Positions 10,774 through 21,454 of a stretch of 64,000 bases of DNA are shown here, in pieces. The stretch comes from an uncultured delta proteobacterium (GTDB lineage Bacteria > Desulfobacterota > BSN033 > UBA1163). The stretch spans positions 64,001 through 128,000 of the forward strand of contig CAWHBU010000004.1 in NCBI GenBank assembly GCA_963827685.1. The letters are read 5' to 3'. Each line of letters begins with the position of its first letter. The first letter of the stretch is position 1. A model generated the notes under the pieces. That model was given only the letters and a program-made list of their open reading frames with translations. It was not told where the DNA came from and ran no database searches. Position numbers and translations under genes: made by a program.

Positions 10774-10803
10774 CATGCAGGACATGGAAAATAAGAATTG
10801 CAG

Positions 10804-10852
10804 CCCCCTCACCCCGCCCTCTCCCCGTGGGGAAGAGGGAAAGGGTGAGGGG
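10804..10852. repeat. REP-like palindrome (CCCCTCACCC...CCCTCTCCCC...GGGTGAGGGG family)
   Basis: Imperfect inverted repeat; related copies at 14240-14279, 46053-46175 and 50196-50233. Confidence 0.7.
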
Positions 10853-10866
10853 ATGCGGGGGTTTCA

Positions 10867-13800
10867 ATGATCAATAAACTGATCGAGCTTTGCGCCCATA
10901 ACAAGTTCTTGGTATTTCTTTTGATAGGAATGGCATTGTTATGGGGATTGTGGTCCATCAAGAATATTAAGCTTGATGGAATTCCCGACCTTTCGGATAC
11001 TCAGGTGATCGTCTTTTCGCGGTGGGACCGCAGCCCGGATATCATGGAGGACCAGGTGACGTACCCGATCATCTCGGCTCTTCTGGGTGTGCCGAAGGTG
11101 AAAGACATTCGGGGTTTCTCCGATTTTGGCTTCTCCTATGTCTATATCATCTTCGAGGATGGAACGGATATCTACTGGGCCCGCTCGCGGACACTTGAGT
11201 ATTTGAGCAACATCCTGCCTCGCCTCCCGCAGGGGGTCAACGTTGAGCTGGCTCGCGACGAAACAGCCATTGGATGGGTGTTCCAGTATGCCCTCGTTGA
11301 CAAGACAGGAAAGAATGATCTCTCCCAGCTACGTTCTTTTCAAGATTGGCATCTTCGGTATGCGTTGCAGGCGGTGCCGGGAGTGGCCGAGGTAGCACCC
11401 ATCGGCGGGTTTGTCAAGCAATATCAAGTGAATGTGGACCCCAATAAACTGGTGGCTTACAACATTTCCATTGATCGAGTGATCGAAGCAGTGCGGGCAG
11501 GGAATAATGATGTTGGCGGGAGATTGGTCGAATTCTCCGGACTCGAATATATGGTTCGAGGCATTGGTTATATTAAGAAAGTCTCTGATGTGGAGAACAT
11601 CGTGGTGGGTACCAGCAAGATCGGTGGCACTCCGATTCTGGTCAAGGATCTCGGCATGGTTACATTAGGCCCTGATATGCGACGGGGCATTGCTGAACTT
11701 AATGGTGAGGGAGAGGTCGTCGGCGGCATCGTCATCATGCGTTTCGGAGAGAATGCTCTGAAGGTGATCGAACGGGTCCGCACAAAACTTGAAGAGATAA
11801 AGCCTTCACTTCCCCCCGGGGTTGAGATCGTCACTACCTATGATCGCGGCGAGTTGATCGACCGTGCCATTGCGACTCTCAAAGATACGCTGCTTGAAGA
11901 ACTCGTCATTGTCAGCATTGTGATCATGATCTTCCTCTGGCACATCCCGTCTGCCATCGTTCCCATGATTACGATCCCTATCACCATCATCCTCTCATTC
12001 ATCCCGATGTATCTTATGGACCTGACCGCCAACATCATGAGCCTCGGCGGAATTGCTATTGCCATCGGCGCCATGGTGGACGCAGCCATCGTCGTGGTAG
12101 AACAGACGCATAAAAAACTGGAACATTGGGATGCGGTAGGAAGGCCGGGCAATTATAAGGACGTAGTGATCAGCGCCGTGAAGGAAGTGGGTGGACCGAG
12201 CTTTTTCGCTCTTCTGGTCATCGCTGTTTCATTTATGCCTGTCTTTACGTTAGCCGGCATGGAGGGTCGTCTCTTCAAGCCTCTGGCTTTTACAAAAAAT
12301 TTTTCCATGGCCATCGCCGCTGTTCTGGCCATCACACTTGATCCTGCCATCCGTTTGCTCTTTACCCACATGGATCCCTACCAGTTTCGACCCAAATTCC
12401 TGTGCCGGATTGTCAATGCATTGCTGGTCGGGAAGATCCACAGCGAGGAAACCCATCCCATCAGCCGGCCGTTGATGAAGGTCTACCTCCCGCTCTGTGA
12501 ATTTGTGCTGAGACACAAATGGGCCACTTTGATGGTGGCAGCCCTTGTTGTTTTTGGAACGGTCCCTATTTTCGAAAAGCTCGGATCCGAGTTTATGCCG
12601 CCTCTTTTTGAAGGCGATCTGCTCTATATGCCGATGGCCTTGCCCGGTATCTCTGTTACGGAAGCACAAAAGTTACTCCAGGTTCAGGATAAGGTATTGA
12701 AGAGCTTTCCCGAAGTCGATCTGGTCTTCGGTAAAGCGGGACGCGCAGAAACAGCGACCGATCCGGCTCCCTTTTCGATGATGGAGACGGTGATCCTTCT
12801 CAAGCCTGAGTCGGAATGGCCAGTGAAAGCTCGATGGTATTCTTCGTGGGCACCGGAATGGCTGAGAAAAATCCTTGGCAGGTTCTGGCGAGATCGTAGA
12901 ACTCCTGACGAATTGATTTATGGTCCGGGGGGACTCGACGAAAAGATGCGATTTCCTGGGGTCTCCAACAGCTGGACCTATCCTATCAAAGCCCGCATTG
13001 ACATGCTTTCGACGGGTGTGAGAACGCCGATCGGAATCAAAATCATGGGGGCGGACCTGGAAAAGGTTCAGCAGTTGGGTGAGCACATTGAGATGCTATT
13101 GAAGGATGTGCCAGGCACAAAAAGCGTTTTTGCTGAACGTACGGCCGGCGGGTACTTTCTTGACTTTACGCTTAAACGCCCGGAACTGGCTCGCTATGGT
13201 CTAACCATAGATCAAGCCAACAGCATCGTGATGTCGGCGATAGGGGGCGAAAACGTTACGACTACCATCGAGGGCAGGGAACGGTATCCGGTCAACGTCC
13301 GGTATTTCAGGGGTTTTCGGGATGATATAGAAAAACTCAAGAGGGTTCTTGTCCCTGTCCGGCCGGGCGGTCCAAGTCCAGCAGGAGGCATGGGTGGGGG
13401 AATGGGCGGATCAGGAGGAACAGTAGGCATACGGGTAGCCCATGTGCCCATTACGGAGATAGCTGAAATCTCAATGAAGACAGGCCCTGGCATGATCCGC
13501 GACGAAAACGGGCGGCTTTCCGGTTACGTTTACGTTGATCTTGACACCTCCAAACGCGATATTGGCAGCTACGTGGCAGATGCGAAGAAGCTCATCAAGG
13601 CGAATTTACAGCTTCCGGCGGGATACCAGTTGATCTGGAGCGGCCAGTTCGAGTTCATGGAGCGTGTCAAGGAACGTCTCTTTGTGGTCGTGCCTATCAC
13701 TATTTTCCTGATTTTTCTGCTCCTCTATTTCAACACCCGGTCGATTACCAAGGCGATCATCATCTTCCTCGCTGTTCCCTTCTCGGCAGTCGGCGCGATC

Positions 13801-14220
13801 TGGTTTCTCTACTGGCTCGGGTACAACACGAGTATCGCGGTCTGGGTGGGTTTGATCGCTTTAATGGGTGTCGATGCGGAAACCGGTATGTTCATGCTTC
13901 TCTACCTTGATCTGGCCTATCATGAGGCCCAGGCAAAAGGGAGGATGAGGAATTGGAATGATCTCCGGGAGGCGATTGTGGAAGGTGCGGTGAAGCGACT
14001 TCGGCCTAAGGTGATGACGGTGGGCGTGATGTTTATGGGCCTCGTTCCCATCATGTGGTCAGTGGGCAGCGGCGCTGACACCATGAAGCGGATTGCCGCC
14101 CCGATGATCGGTGGCATCTTCACATCGTTCATTATGGAATTGGGTGTTTATCCTGCAATCTACGCCATATGGAAATGGAACTTTGGGCTGAAGAAGCAAT
14201 TGAGTTCCAGCCAAGCATAA
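10867..14220 (+). CDS. cusA: CusA/CzcA heavy-metal efflux RND permease
   Basis: IPDLSDTQVIV, GSEFMPPL, RIDMLSTG, MKRIAAPMIGG. Confidence 0.95.
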   Translation: MINKLIELCAHNKFLVFLLIGMALLWGLWSIKNIKLDGIPDLSDTQVIVFSRWDRSPDIMEDQVTYPIISALLGVPKVKDIRGFSDFGFSYVYIIFEDGTDIYWARSRTLEYLSNILPRLPQGVNVELARDETAIGWVFQYALVDKTGKNDLSQLRSFQDWHLRYALQAVPGVAEVAPIGGFVKQYQVNVDPNKLVAYNISIDRVIEAVRAGNNDVGGRLVEFSGLEYMVRGIGYIKKVSDVENIVVGTSKIGGTPILVKDLGMVTLGPDMRRGIAELNGEGEVVGGIVIMRFGENALKVIERVRTKLEEIKPSLPPGVEIVTTYDRGELIDRAIATLKDTLLEELVIVSIVIMIFLWHIPSAIVPMITIPITIILSFIPMYLMDLTANIMSLGGIAIAIGAMVDAAIVVVEQTHKKLEHWDAVGRPGNYKDVVISAVKEVGGPSFFALLVIAVSFMPVFTLAGMEGRLFKPLAFTKNFSMAIAAVLAITLDPAIRLLFTHMDPYQFRPKFLCRIVNALLVGKIHSEETHPISRPLMKVYLPLCEFVLRHKWATLMVAALVVFGTVPIFEKLGSEFMPPLFEGDLLYMPMALPGISVTEAQKLLQVQDKVLKSFPEVDLVFGKAGRAETATDPAPFSMMETVILLKPESEWPVKARWYSSWAPEWLRKILGRFWRDRRTPDELIYGPGGLDEKMRFPGVSNSWTYPIKARIDMLSTGVRTPIGIKIMGADLEKVQQLGEHIEMLLKDVPGTKSVFAERTAGGYFLDFTLKRPELARYGLTIDQANSIVMSAIGGENVTTTIEGRERYPVNVRYFRGFRDDIEKLKRVLVPVRPGGPSPAGGMGGGMGGSGGTVGIRVAHVPITEIAEISMKTGPGMIRDENGRLSGYVYVDLDTSKRDIGSYVADAKKLIKANLQLPAGYQLIWSGQFEFMERVKERLFVVVPITIFLIFLLLYFNTRSITKAIIIFLAVPFSAVGAIWFLYWLGYNTSIAVWVGLIALMGVDAETGMFMLLYLDLAYHEAQAKGRMRNWNDLREAIVEGAVKRLRPKVMTVGVMFMGLVPIMWSVGSGADTMKRIAAPMIGGIFTSFIMELGVYPAIYAIWKWNFGLKKQLSSSQA

Positions 14221-14289
14221 AATGAATGTGTTCAAACAGCCCCCTCTCTCCCATGCGGGAGGGGGTGGGGGTGAGGGGGACTTCGACCT

Positions 14290-15576
14290 GTGGTAGAATT
14301 TATCCACCCAGCCTTTTTGTTGATCGGGATCTTTGTACTGGCAAGGGCATCAACCTTCTTGGCCAAGCGATTTGGCATATCCGCTTTGACGATTCAACTT
14401 TCGATTGGGATTCTTCTCGGCCCCTCCCTACTCAATCTTTTGGGAGCTCCGATCATCCTAGGCACCTGGGGGAGCCCATCCCCCAATCCAATCCTCGCCA
14501 TTTTAAAAATTCTTGCGGAGATTGGACTCATTCAGTTGATGTTTCTTGCAAGTCTGGAGGTGGATTGGCAGGAGCTGAAGAAATTATTAAAATCCTCTTT
14601 TTCCGTGGGTGCTTTGGGATTTGGTTTGACTGCGCTGAGTGTTGCGACCCTCACGCGGCTGTTTGTGGATCGCTGGGCAGAAGCCCTGGGGATGAGTGCG
14701 ATCGTGTCAGCCTCCAGCTTTGGAATTTCAATTTATTGCTTGAGCGAGATGAAGGTCCTTGGTTCCCGGGTTGGTGTCACGGTATCAGGAGCAGCCGTCT
14801 TGAGTGGTTTGTTGACGATTCTGTTAATGATTGCAAGCCAAGCCACCAACTACGGAATGGCGTACGGTGTGTTGAGAATGGTGGTCGCTGTTTCCTGGTT
14901 TTTCGGGAAGCTCATCATGTTTCTTGCAATCGCCTACTTTTTGACCTCTCGATTCTTGAAACTATCTTCGAAATCTGGTTTTCAAAAAAGGCCCAGACAA
15001 ATACTCATTGGATATCTTCTTCTGGTGGCTTCGTTGTATGCATGGGCGGCGATGCATTTTGGAAGTTTCGCTGCTGTAGGCGTTGCCTCTTTAGGAGGCG
15101 CGCTGCTCGGAATGTCAAACCGGGAGGCGAAAGAAAAAATTGCAAAAGGATTTGAATCCGTTTTGGCTTCGATCCCTGTGGGAATTCTATTCATAGTAAT
15201 CGGAATGGAGGTGAATCTCAAGGCTGCAGAAAGTTCCACCTTTTTTTTCGCTGTTTTGCTCGCGGCAGTCGTCGGTGCAAAGCTAATTGGATGCTGGATT
15301 GCTACAAATAAAGGATATGAATCATCGCGTGAGCGGGCCTTGATCATGTTTGGAGTCTTGGCTCAAGGCGAAATGGGGATCGTGGTCGCTGCCTACCTAT
15401 TTTCACGTGGGGTGTTGAATCCTGCACTCTTTAACGTAGCAGTTATAGCGGTGGTTTCGTTAACGATAGTCTCACCCGTCTTGATGAGGATTGCTTCCTC
15501 GGAATTCGGAGTTCAAACGACTTGTGTTCGAGGTGCTGGATCCGAAAGGTCTAATTCTTTTGGCCAAAATCCTTGA
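14290..15576 (+). CDS. Cation:proton antiporter (CPA2-like)
   Basis: Many TM segments; GILLGPS, LAEIG..LMFLA.LEVD, QGEMGIVVA. Confidence 0.75.
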   Translation: MVEFIHPAFLLIGIFVLARASTFLAKRFGISALTIQLSIGILLGPSLLNLLGAPIILGTWGSPSPNPILAILKILAEIGLIQLMFLASLEVDWQELKKLLKSSFSVGALGFGLTALSVATLTRLFVDRWAEALGMSAIVSASSFGISIYCLSEMKVLGSRVGVTVSGAAVLSGLLTILLMIASQATNYGMAYGVLRMVVAVSWFFGKLIMFLAIAYFLTSRFLKLSSKSGFQKRPRQILIGYLLLVASLYAWAAMHFGSFAAVGVASLGGALLGMSNREAKEKIAKGFESVLASIPVGILFIVIGMEVNLKAAESSTFFFAVLLAAVVGAKLIGCWIATNKGYESSRERALIMFGVLAQGEMGIVVAAYLFSRGVLNPALFNVAVIAVVSLTIVSPVLMRIASSEFGVQTTCVRGAGSERSNSFGQNP

Positions 15577-15620
15577 ATTACAGATATCAATGATCATATT
15601 AATATGATAGAGGCGCCTCT

Positions 15621-16193
15621 ATGAATTATAGTGTAGTTAAGAGGGAGGTGGTCGAGACGAAGAAGCTTATTATCCTGCTGATTTTATTCGTTTTTGTTGC
15701 GCCTGCCTATGCTGCCACGATTTACAAATGGGTGGATAAAGAAGGGGTTGCGAATTATTCGGATGATTACAGTAGAGTTCCTGCTCTCTATCGTGATCGG
15801 GTTCAAGCGCTGGAGTTTTTGACAGAAACGGGACCTCCTGTACAAACCCCGAAGACGACTCCAGGGAACAAAGAGGAAGTCAGGACGGATATTTATGGTC
15901 GAGATGAGACTTGGTGGAGGGAGAAAGTCCATCCGTGGAAGGAAGAGTTAAAAGAAGCCACTGGGAACTATGAGAACGCACAGAAAGAATATATGGAACA
16001 GGCAGAAGGATTGGGTGAGTTCAGATTTGGGAGGTTGAGCTTGACTCAATATCAAATGCTTTCTTATAGGCTAGAGGTTTTAAATAAGGAAATGGAGACG
16101 TATCAGGGGCAAATCACCGAGGCTAATGAGATGTTAAGCAGACTCTTCCAAGAAGCAAAAGAGACAAAGGCAGATCCTGCATGGCTTGAATAG
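15621..16193 (+). CDS. DUF4124-domain secreted protein
   Basis: Signal peptide + IYKWVDKEG...YSDD, coiled-coil tail. Confidence 0.7.
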   Translation: MNYSVVKREVVETKKLIILLILFVFVAPAYAATIYKWVDKEGVANYSDDYSRVPALYRDRVQALEFLTETGPPVQTPKTTPGNKEEVRTDIYGRDETWWREKVHPWKEELKEATGNYENAQKEYMEQAEGLGEFRFGRLSLTQYQMLSYRLEVLNKEMETYQGQITEANEMLSRLFQEAKETKADPAWLE

Positions 16194-16226
16194 GTTCGTT
16201 AAAATTCCTTGAAGGAGGTCTATGCG

Positions 16227-16706
16227 ATGAATAGAGTGATTTCGGTTATTGGTGTATTTGTTTTTTGTTTGTTTATATTTGTATCGGCCCCTGTGGCTCA
16301 GCATTCACACGGAGGAATGTCCATGGGCACGCCAATGAAGATGGATACCAGGGAGGTTCTTGTTGAGGGAGTGAAGGTCACCTTTCAGATTATGGCCAAT
16401 GATGAGCATAAGAAAATGCTTAAAGACATGAAGATGAAAGAGGGTATCGAGCCTGGAACGACTCATAACATCACGGTGACGCTGAAAGATGAAAAGACTC
16501 AAAAAGAGATGGCCAATGCTCAGATCAGCATGAAAGTGGTTGATCCCAAAGGGAAAGATCAGATCAAACCCCTTAAATACGATGGTGAGATGAAAAGCTA
16601 TGATGCCTTTTTCGACCTTCCGGACAAGGGAAAGTATCAGGTCATGATTCTCTTTAAAATAGGGGATCAAAAAAAGACGGCCGGGATATATTATGAGATG
16701 AAATAA
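16227..16706 (+). CDS. Periplasmic His/Met-rich protein, probable copper chaperone-like
   Basis: Signal peptide, QHSHGGMSMGTPMKM, Ig-like C-terminus; immediately before copA. Confidence 0.6.
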   Translation: MNRVISVIGVFVFCLFIFVSAPVAQHSHGGMSMGTPMKMDTREVLVEGVKVTFQIMANDEHKKMLKDMKMKEGIEPGTTHNITVTLKDEKTQKEMANAQISMKVVDPKGKDQIKPLKYDGEMKSYDAFFDLPDKGKYQVMILFKIGDQKKTAGIYYEMK

Positions 16707-16850
16707 CCAAATTCCAAGCACCAAGCATCAAGCACCAAATAAATTCCAATGACCAATATCCAAACTTTATATTTTTGTTGTCTGTTTTGGGTCATTGGGA
16801 TTTGATTATTGGATATTGTTTGGAATTTGTGATTTGGTTATTGGAATTTA
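16706..16850. repeat. Heptamer-periodic palindromic intergenic repeat (representative)
   Basis: (CCAAGCA/CCAAATT)n arm and (TTGGAAT/TTGGGAT)n arm; similar elements at 6105, 45150, 45960 and 55408. Confidence 0.75.
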
Positions 16851-16884
16851 ATTCAATGAGTTCATATTGAGGTAAGGGTTATTC

Positions 16885-19353
16885 ATGGAATCTAAGGATC
16901 AAGCGAAAGAGTTAGAGCGAATAGACCTTTCCATCACAGGAATGTCCTGTGCCAGTTGTGCGTTAAAGATTGAAAAAGGGTTGGCCGGCCTTGAAGGAGT
17001 TTCGAAAGCGACGGTCAACTTTGCCGCGGAGAAAGCCACGGTTGTCTTCCATCCTGCCCAAACGGATGTTTCCCACTTCATCGACAAGGTGAAGGACTTG
17101 GGCTATGGGGCAAAGATGGAGAAGGTTGTTCTCCCCATCCAGGGAATGACCTGTGCCTCCTGTGTGAATAAAGTGGAGAAGGCTCTCAACTCTGTTAAAG
17201 GCGTGGTTCACGCAGACGTTAACTTCGCCACAGAAAGGGCATCGGTTGAATATATTCCTGAAGAGGTATCGATCAGGGATCTGAAGAAGGTTGTTGAAGA
17301 AGCGGGTTATCATGTTCTCGAGGTGAAAGAGGAAGATATCGTTGAGAAGGAAAGGCTTGCCAGAGAGGCAGAACTCTACCGATTAAAATTGAAATTCATC
17401 TTAGGGGCGATCTTCCTCGCTCCTATCTTACTCCTCATGTACGGGGCTTCTTTTTTTGAGAAATGGATGGGATTGTCGAAGGAAGGCAATTTCTTCCTTC
17501 AATTTCTACTGGCGACTCCTGTTCAATTCTGGATAGGTTGGCAGTTTTATGTTGGGTTCTGGAAGGCGACGAAACATAGGACCAGCGATATGAACACATT
17601 GATCGCTGTCGGGACCTCTGCGGCTTATCTCTATAGTCTTATCGTGACTTTTGTCCCTCACCTGATCATGGTCAAAGGCCTGATGGTGGATGTCTATTTT
17701 GATACCTCTGCAGCGATTGTTGTCCTTATCCTCCTCGGAAGATTCTTAGAGGCGAGGGCAAAAGGAAAAACTTCAGAGGCGATTAAAAAGCTGATTGGTC
17801 TTCAACCCAAGACGGCCAGGGTCCTCCGAAACGGAAACGAAGTGGATATCCCGGTTGAAGAAGTTGCCTTAGGAGATATGATCATAGTCCGTCCGGGTGA
17901 AAAAATTCCGGTGGATGGAATCATCAGAGAGGGTTACTCCTCTGTGGATGAATCGATGGTGACAGGGGAATCCTTACCCGTTGAAAAGAAAGCCGGGGAT
18001 ACTGCCATTGGCGCAACGATAAATAAGACTGGGACATTTAAATTTGAGGCGACCAAGGTTGGAAAGGATACGGTTCTTGCTCAGATCGTTCGGCTGGTTC
18101 AAGAAGCCCAGGGGTCGAAGCCCCCGATTGCCCGGATGGTTGATGTGATTGCAAGCTATTTTGTTCCTGTTGTCATCTCCATAGCGATCGTCACATTTAT
18201 CGTCTGGTATCTCTTGGGTCCTCATCCAGCACTGACCTATGCCTTTCTCAACTTCGTGGCAGTGCTGATCATTGCCTGCCCTTGCGCCTTGGGATTGGCA
18301 ACCCCCACCTCCATCATGGTGGGAACAGGGAAGGGTGCAGAAAATGGAATTCTGATTCGAGGGGCAGAGGCTCTGGAGACAGCGCATCAATTGAATACCA
18401 TTGTCTTGGATAAGACTGGAACATTGACCAAAGGAGAGCCTTCTGTAACAGATATCATTGAGTCTGAGAAGTTTACTAAGAAAGAAATCTTGACATTCGC
18501 TGCCTCAGCTGAAAGGGGATCGGAACATCCTTTGGGCGAGGCGATTGTGAGAAAGGCAAGAGAGGAGGATTTAAATCTTCTGGATCCGAGAGACTTTCAG
18601 GCCATTGCAGGTCATGGGATTGAGGCGACGGTCGATTCAAAAAGAGTCCTCCTTGGAAATTTGAGACTGATGGAAGAAAAAAAGGTAAGTTTAAATGGGT
18701 TATTGAATAGAGCAGAACAGCTTTCCAATGAAGGAAAGACCTCTATGTTTTTGGCTGTCGAGGGGGAAATAGCCGGGATCATTGCTGTGGCAGATACATT
18801 GAAAGAGAATTCGAGGAAGGCTGTAGAGGCTTTTCACCAGATGGGATTGGAAGTAGTGATGCTTACCGGAGATAACCAACGAACCGCCAAAGCCATTGCA
18901 AATCAGATTGGAGTTGACCGAGTCCTGGCAGAAGTTCTTCCTGAGATGAAGGCAGAAGAGGTGAGGCGGCTTCAGTCGGAAGGGAAAAGGGTCGGGATGG
19001 TGGGAGATGGTATCAATGATGCCCCTGCCTTGGCTCAGGCCGATGTGGGAATTGCGATTGGAACAGGGACCGATGTGGCGATGGAGTCCTCGGACATCAC
19101 TTTAATTGGTGGGGATTTAAGAGGAATCGTGACGGCCATTGCATTAAGCAAGGCGACCATTCGGAATATCAGGCAGAATCTCTTTTGGGCTTTTGCTTAC
19201 AATACGATTCTCATTCCTGTCGCCGCAGGAGTTCTTTTTCCATTTTTCGGTATCCTTCTCAATCCCATCTTTGCCGCAGGGGCCATGGCAATTTCATCGG
19301 TCACGGTGGTTTCAAATGCACTAAGACTTCGGAGGTTCAAACCGCCAATGTAA
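16885..19353 (+). CDS. copA: Cu(I)-translocating P1B-type ATPase
   Basis: Two GMxCASC domains, TGES, CPC, DKTGT, SEHP, GDGIND, YN..IP. Confidence 0.96.
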   Translation: MESKDQAKELERIDLSITGMSCASCALKIEKGLAGLEGVSKATVNFAAEKATVVFHPAQTDVSHFIDKVKDLGYGAKMEKVVLPIQGMTCASCVNKVEKALNSVKGVVHADVNFATERASVEYIPEEVSIRDLKKVVEEAGYHVLEVKEEDIVEKERLAREAELYRLKLKFILGAIFLAPILLLMYGASFFEKWMGLSKEGNFFLQFLLATPVQFWIGWQFYVGFWKATKHRTSDMNTLIAVGTSAAYLYSLIVTFVPHLIMVKGLMVDVYFDTSAAIVVLILLGRFLEARAKGKTSEAIKKLIGLQPKTARVLRNGNEVDIPVEEVALGDMIIVRPGEKIPVDGIIREGYSSVDESMVTGESLPVEKKAGDTAIGATINKTGTFKFEATKVGKDTVLAQIVRLVQEAQGSKPPIARMVDVIASYFVPVVISIAIVTFIVWYLLGPHPALTYAFLNFVAVLIIACPCALGLATPTSIMVGTGKGAENGILIRGAEALETAHQLNTIVLDKTGTLTKGEPSVTDIIESEKFTKKEILTFAASAERGSEHPLGEAIVRKAREEDLNLLDPRDFQAIAGHGIEATVDSKRVLLGNLRLMEEKKVSLNGLLNRAEQLSNEGKTSMFLAVEGEIAGIIAVADTLKENSRKAVEAFHQMGLEVVMLTGDNQRTAKAIANQIGVDRVLAEVLPEMKAEEVRRLQSEGKRVGMVGDGINDAPALAQADVGIAIGTGTDVAMESSDITLIGGDLRGIVTAIALSKATIRNIRQNLFWAFAYNTILIPVAAGVLFPFFGILLNPIFAAGAMAISSVTVVSNALRLRRFKPPM

Positions 19354-19448
19354 TTACCGAATTAAGGAATTGCGAATTAAGAAGTTAGAAATTCCTCAAT
19401 CCCTAAATTCCTTAATTCCCAAATTTGGGAGATAGAAAGGAGAATTCT

Positions 19449-20426
19449 ATGACAAACTTTTTTGCTGATAATTCCCTATCCATCGGCAATACACCGATGG
19501 TTCGAATCAATAGGATGGCTCAAGGACTCAAAGCCACAATTCTTGCCAAGATCGAAGGTCGAAATCCTGCCTATTCGGTCAAGTGCCGGATAGGAGCGAA
19601 TATGATCTGGACAGCAGAAAAGCAGGGACTGCTCAAACCCGGGATGGAGATCATTGAACCGACAAGCGGCAATACAGGCATCGCATTAGCGTATGTGGCA
19701 GCTGCAAGAGGGTACAAACTGAATGTCACCATGCCTGAGACCATGTCGATGGAAAGACGGAAGGTGCTTGCCATTCTCGGTGCAAACATCATCCTGACTC
19801 CAGGAACCAAAGGGATGAAAGGGGCAATCGAAGAGGCCGAGCGAATTTTGGCTTCGAGTCCCAATTACTATATGCCCCAGCAGTTTAAGAATCCTGCCAA
19901 TCCGGAAATTCACTTCAAGACCACGGGTCCGGAGATCTGGGAGCAGACGAATGGTGGGATAGATGTGCTTGTTTCGGGAGTGGGCACAGGGGGAACCATC
20001 ACAGGGGTGTCACGATACATTAAGAGAGAAAAGAAGAAGAAAATGATTAGCGTTGCGGTTGAACCGGTGGAGAGCCCTGTGATTACGCAACGCCTTGCCG
20101 GGGAAGAGCTCAAGCCTGGACCTCACAAGATTCAGGGAATTGGTGCCGGATTCATTCCAGACACTCTGGATTTGACTATGGTGGATCGCGTGGAGCAGGT
20201 TACAAGCGAAGAGGCGATCGAGTATGCAAGGCGGCTTTCCCGTGAGGAAGGCATCCTTTCGGGTGTCAGTTGTGGTGCAGCGATTGCCGTTGCTCTGAGG
20301 CTTGCCAGGATGGAGGAATTCAAAGGGAAAACTATCGTGACGATTCTTCCTGATTCGGGCGAACGTTATCTCAGCGGGCCGCTCTTCGAAGGAGTTTTCG
20401 ACGAGGCCGGTCTTCCAAGGATATAA
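19449..20426 (+). CDS. cysK: Cysteine synthase A
   Basis: SVKCRIG (PLP Lys), [27 protein letters not shown]. Confidence 0.95.
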   Translation: MTNFFADNSLSIGNTPMVRINRMAQGLKATILAKIEGRNPAYSVKCRIGANMIWTAEKQGLLKPGMEIIEPTSGNTGIALAYVAAARGYKLNVTMPETMSMERRKVLAILGANIILTPGTKGMKGAIEEAERILASSPNYYMPQQFKNPANPEIHFKTTGPEIWEQTNGGIDVLVSGVGTGGTITGVSRYIKREKKKKMISVAVEPVESPVITQRLAGEELKPGPHKIQGIGAGFIPDTLDLTMVDRVEQVTSEEAIEYARRLSREEGILSGVSCGAAIAVALRLARMEEFKGKTIVTILPDSGERYLSGPLFEGVFDEAGLPRI

Positions 20427-20490
20427 TGCAAAAATTCGGCATGCCTTGATCTTAGGGACTGCAAATTTGATTTAAAAAGGAGAGCCTGCC

Positions 20491-20891
20491 ATGAAAAAGG
20501 TTAAGAAATATGCTTTCACTGCGGTCTTAAACATATCTTATGAAGAGGCAGTCTCCAAGATCACGGACGCCTTAAAGGAAGAGGGCTTCGGGGTTCTCAC
20601 GGAGATCGATGTGAAGGCGACCTTAAAAAAGAAATTGGGCCTGGATTTCAGGAAATATGTGATCCTTGGGGCCTGTAACCCACCCTACGCCCATCGAACC
20701 CTACAGGTCGATCTTGACGTGGGGCTCTTCTTCCGTGCAATGTGATTGTCTACGAAACGGATGACAAAAAGGCGTATATTTCGGCTATCAATCCAGTATC
20801 TGCTTTGGAGGTTATTAAAAACGAAGAACTGAGAAAGATTGCCGAGGAAGTTTCTGAAAAGTTGAAAAGAGTTGTCGAAAAAGTCTCTTAA
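20491..20891 (+). pseudogene. DUF302 protein with a 1-nt frameshift near 20726
   Basis: FGVLTEID..ILGACNP, then continues in another frame as LPCNVIVYETDDKKAYISAINP...KVS* (TAA 20889-20891). Confidence 0.85.
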
Positions 20892-20984
20892 AGATCGGTA
20901 GATGTAAGACCTCAAAAATATAATAGCGGGGCCTTCAGTTAAAAGTCTAATCATGCTGATCGCAATTTGTGTGGAGGGTCTACA

Positions 20985-21407
20985 ATGTTGAAAATGCTCA
21001 CAATCGCTCTGATGCTACTTTATTTCTCTTCAAATCTGGCAATGGCCAATGAAGGGCATCCAAAAACCTTGGCACAGGTGACGGATCCGAAAGCATTCAA
21101 ACTTCTAAAGGAAAAGTCCATTGACCCCAAAACGGGATTACCGAAGACCCTGGATCCAGATCTTTTTAAGGGAAAGGCTAAGAAGGCTTATCAAATTGCA
21201 AAAGAAATACCCGAGATTCTAGCCAAAATGCCATGTTTTTGCGAATGTGAAGTCTACGGTCACGAAAATCTCTTGGATTGTTTCATTGATAATCACGGCG
21301 CAGGATGAATGATCTGCCAGGAGGAGGTCCTCTTGACGAAAAGACTTTTTGATCAAAAGATGCCAATTGAGAAGATCAAGGAAGAAATTATAAAGAAGTT
21401 TAAATAA
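20985..21407 (+). CDS. PCYCGC-motif protein, predicted selenoprotein (UGA 21306-21308 = Sec, UxxC)
   Basis: MPCFCEC..GHENLLDCF..HGAG-UGA-MICQEEVLL...KKFK*; SECIS-like hairpin 21318-21335. Confidence 0.8.
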
Positions 21408-21454
21408 CTTTAACTGGAGTGGATGCTTGATTCGGACGAAAGGGGGATATCGTA

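Noticed and set aside
13350-13440. Gly/Met-rich insertion in CusA
   Set aside because: Variable Met-rich loops are common in CusA proteins.
14226-15155. 309-aa Cys-rich alternative-frame ORF
   Set aside because: Shadow of the antiporter gene; it starts inside a REP-like palindrome.
16706-16850. CRISPR array interpretation of the periodic repeats
   Set aside because: No constant repeat with unique spacers and no cas genes.
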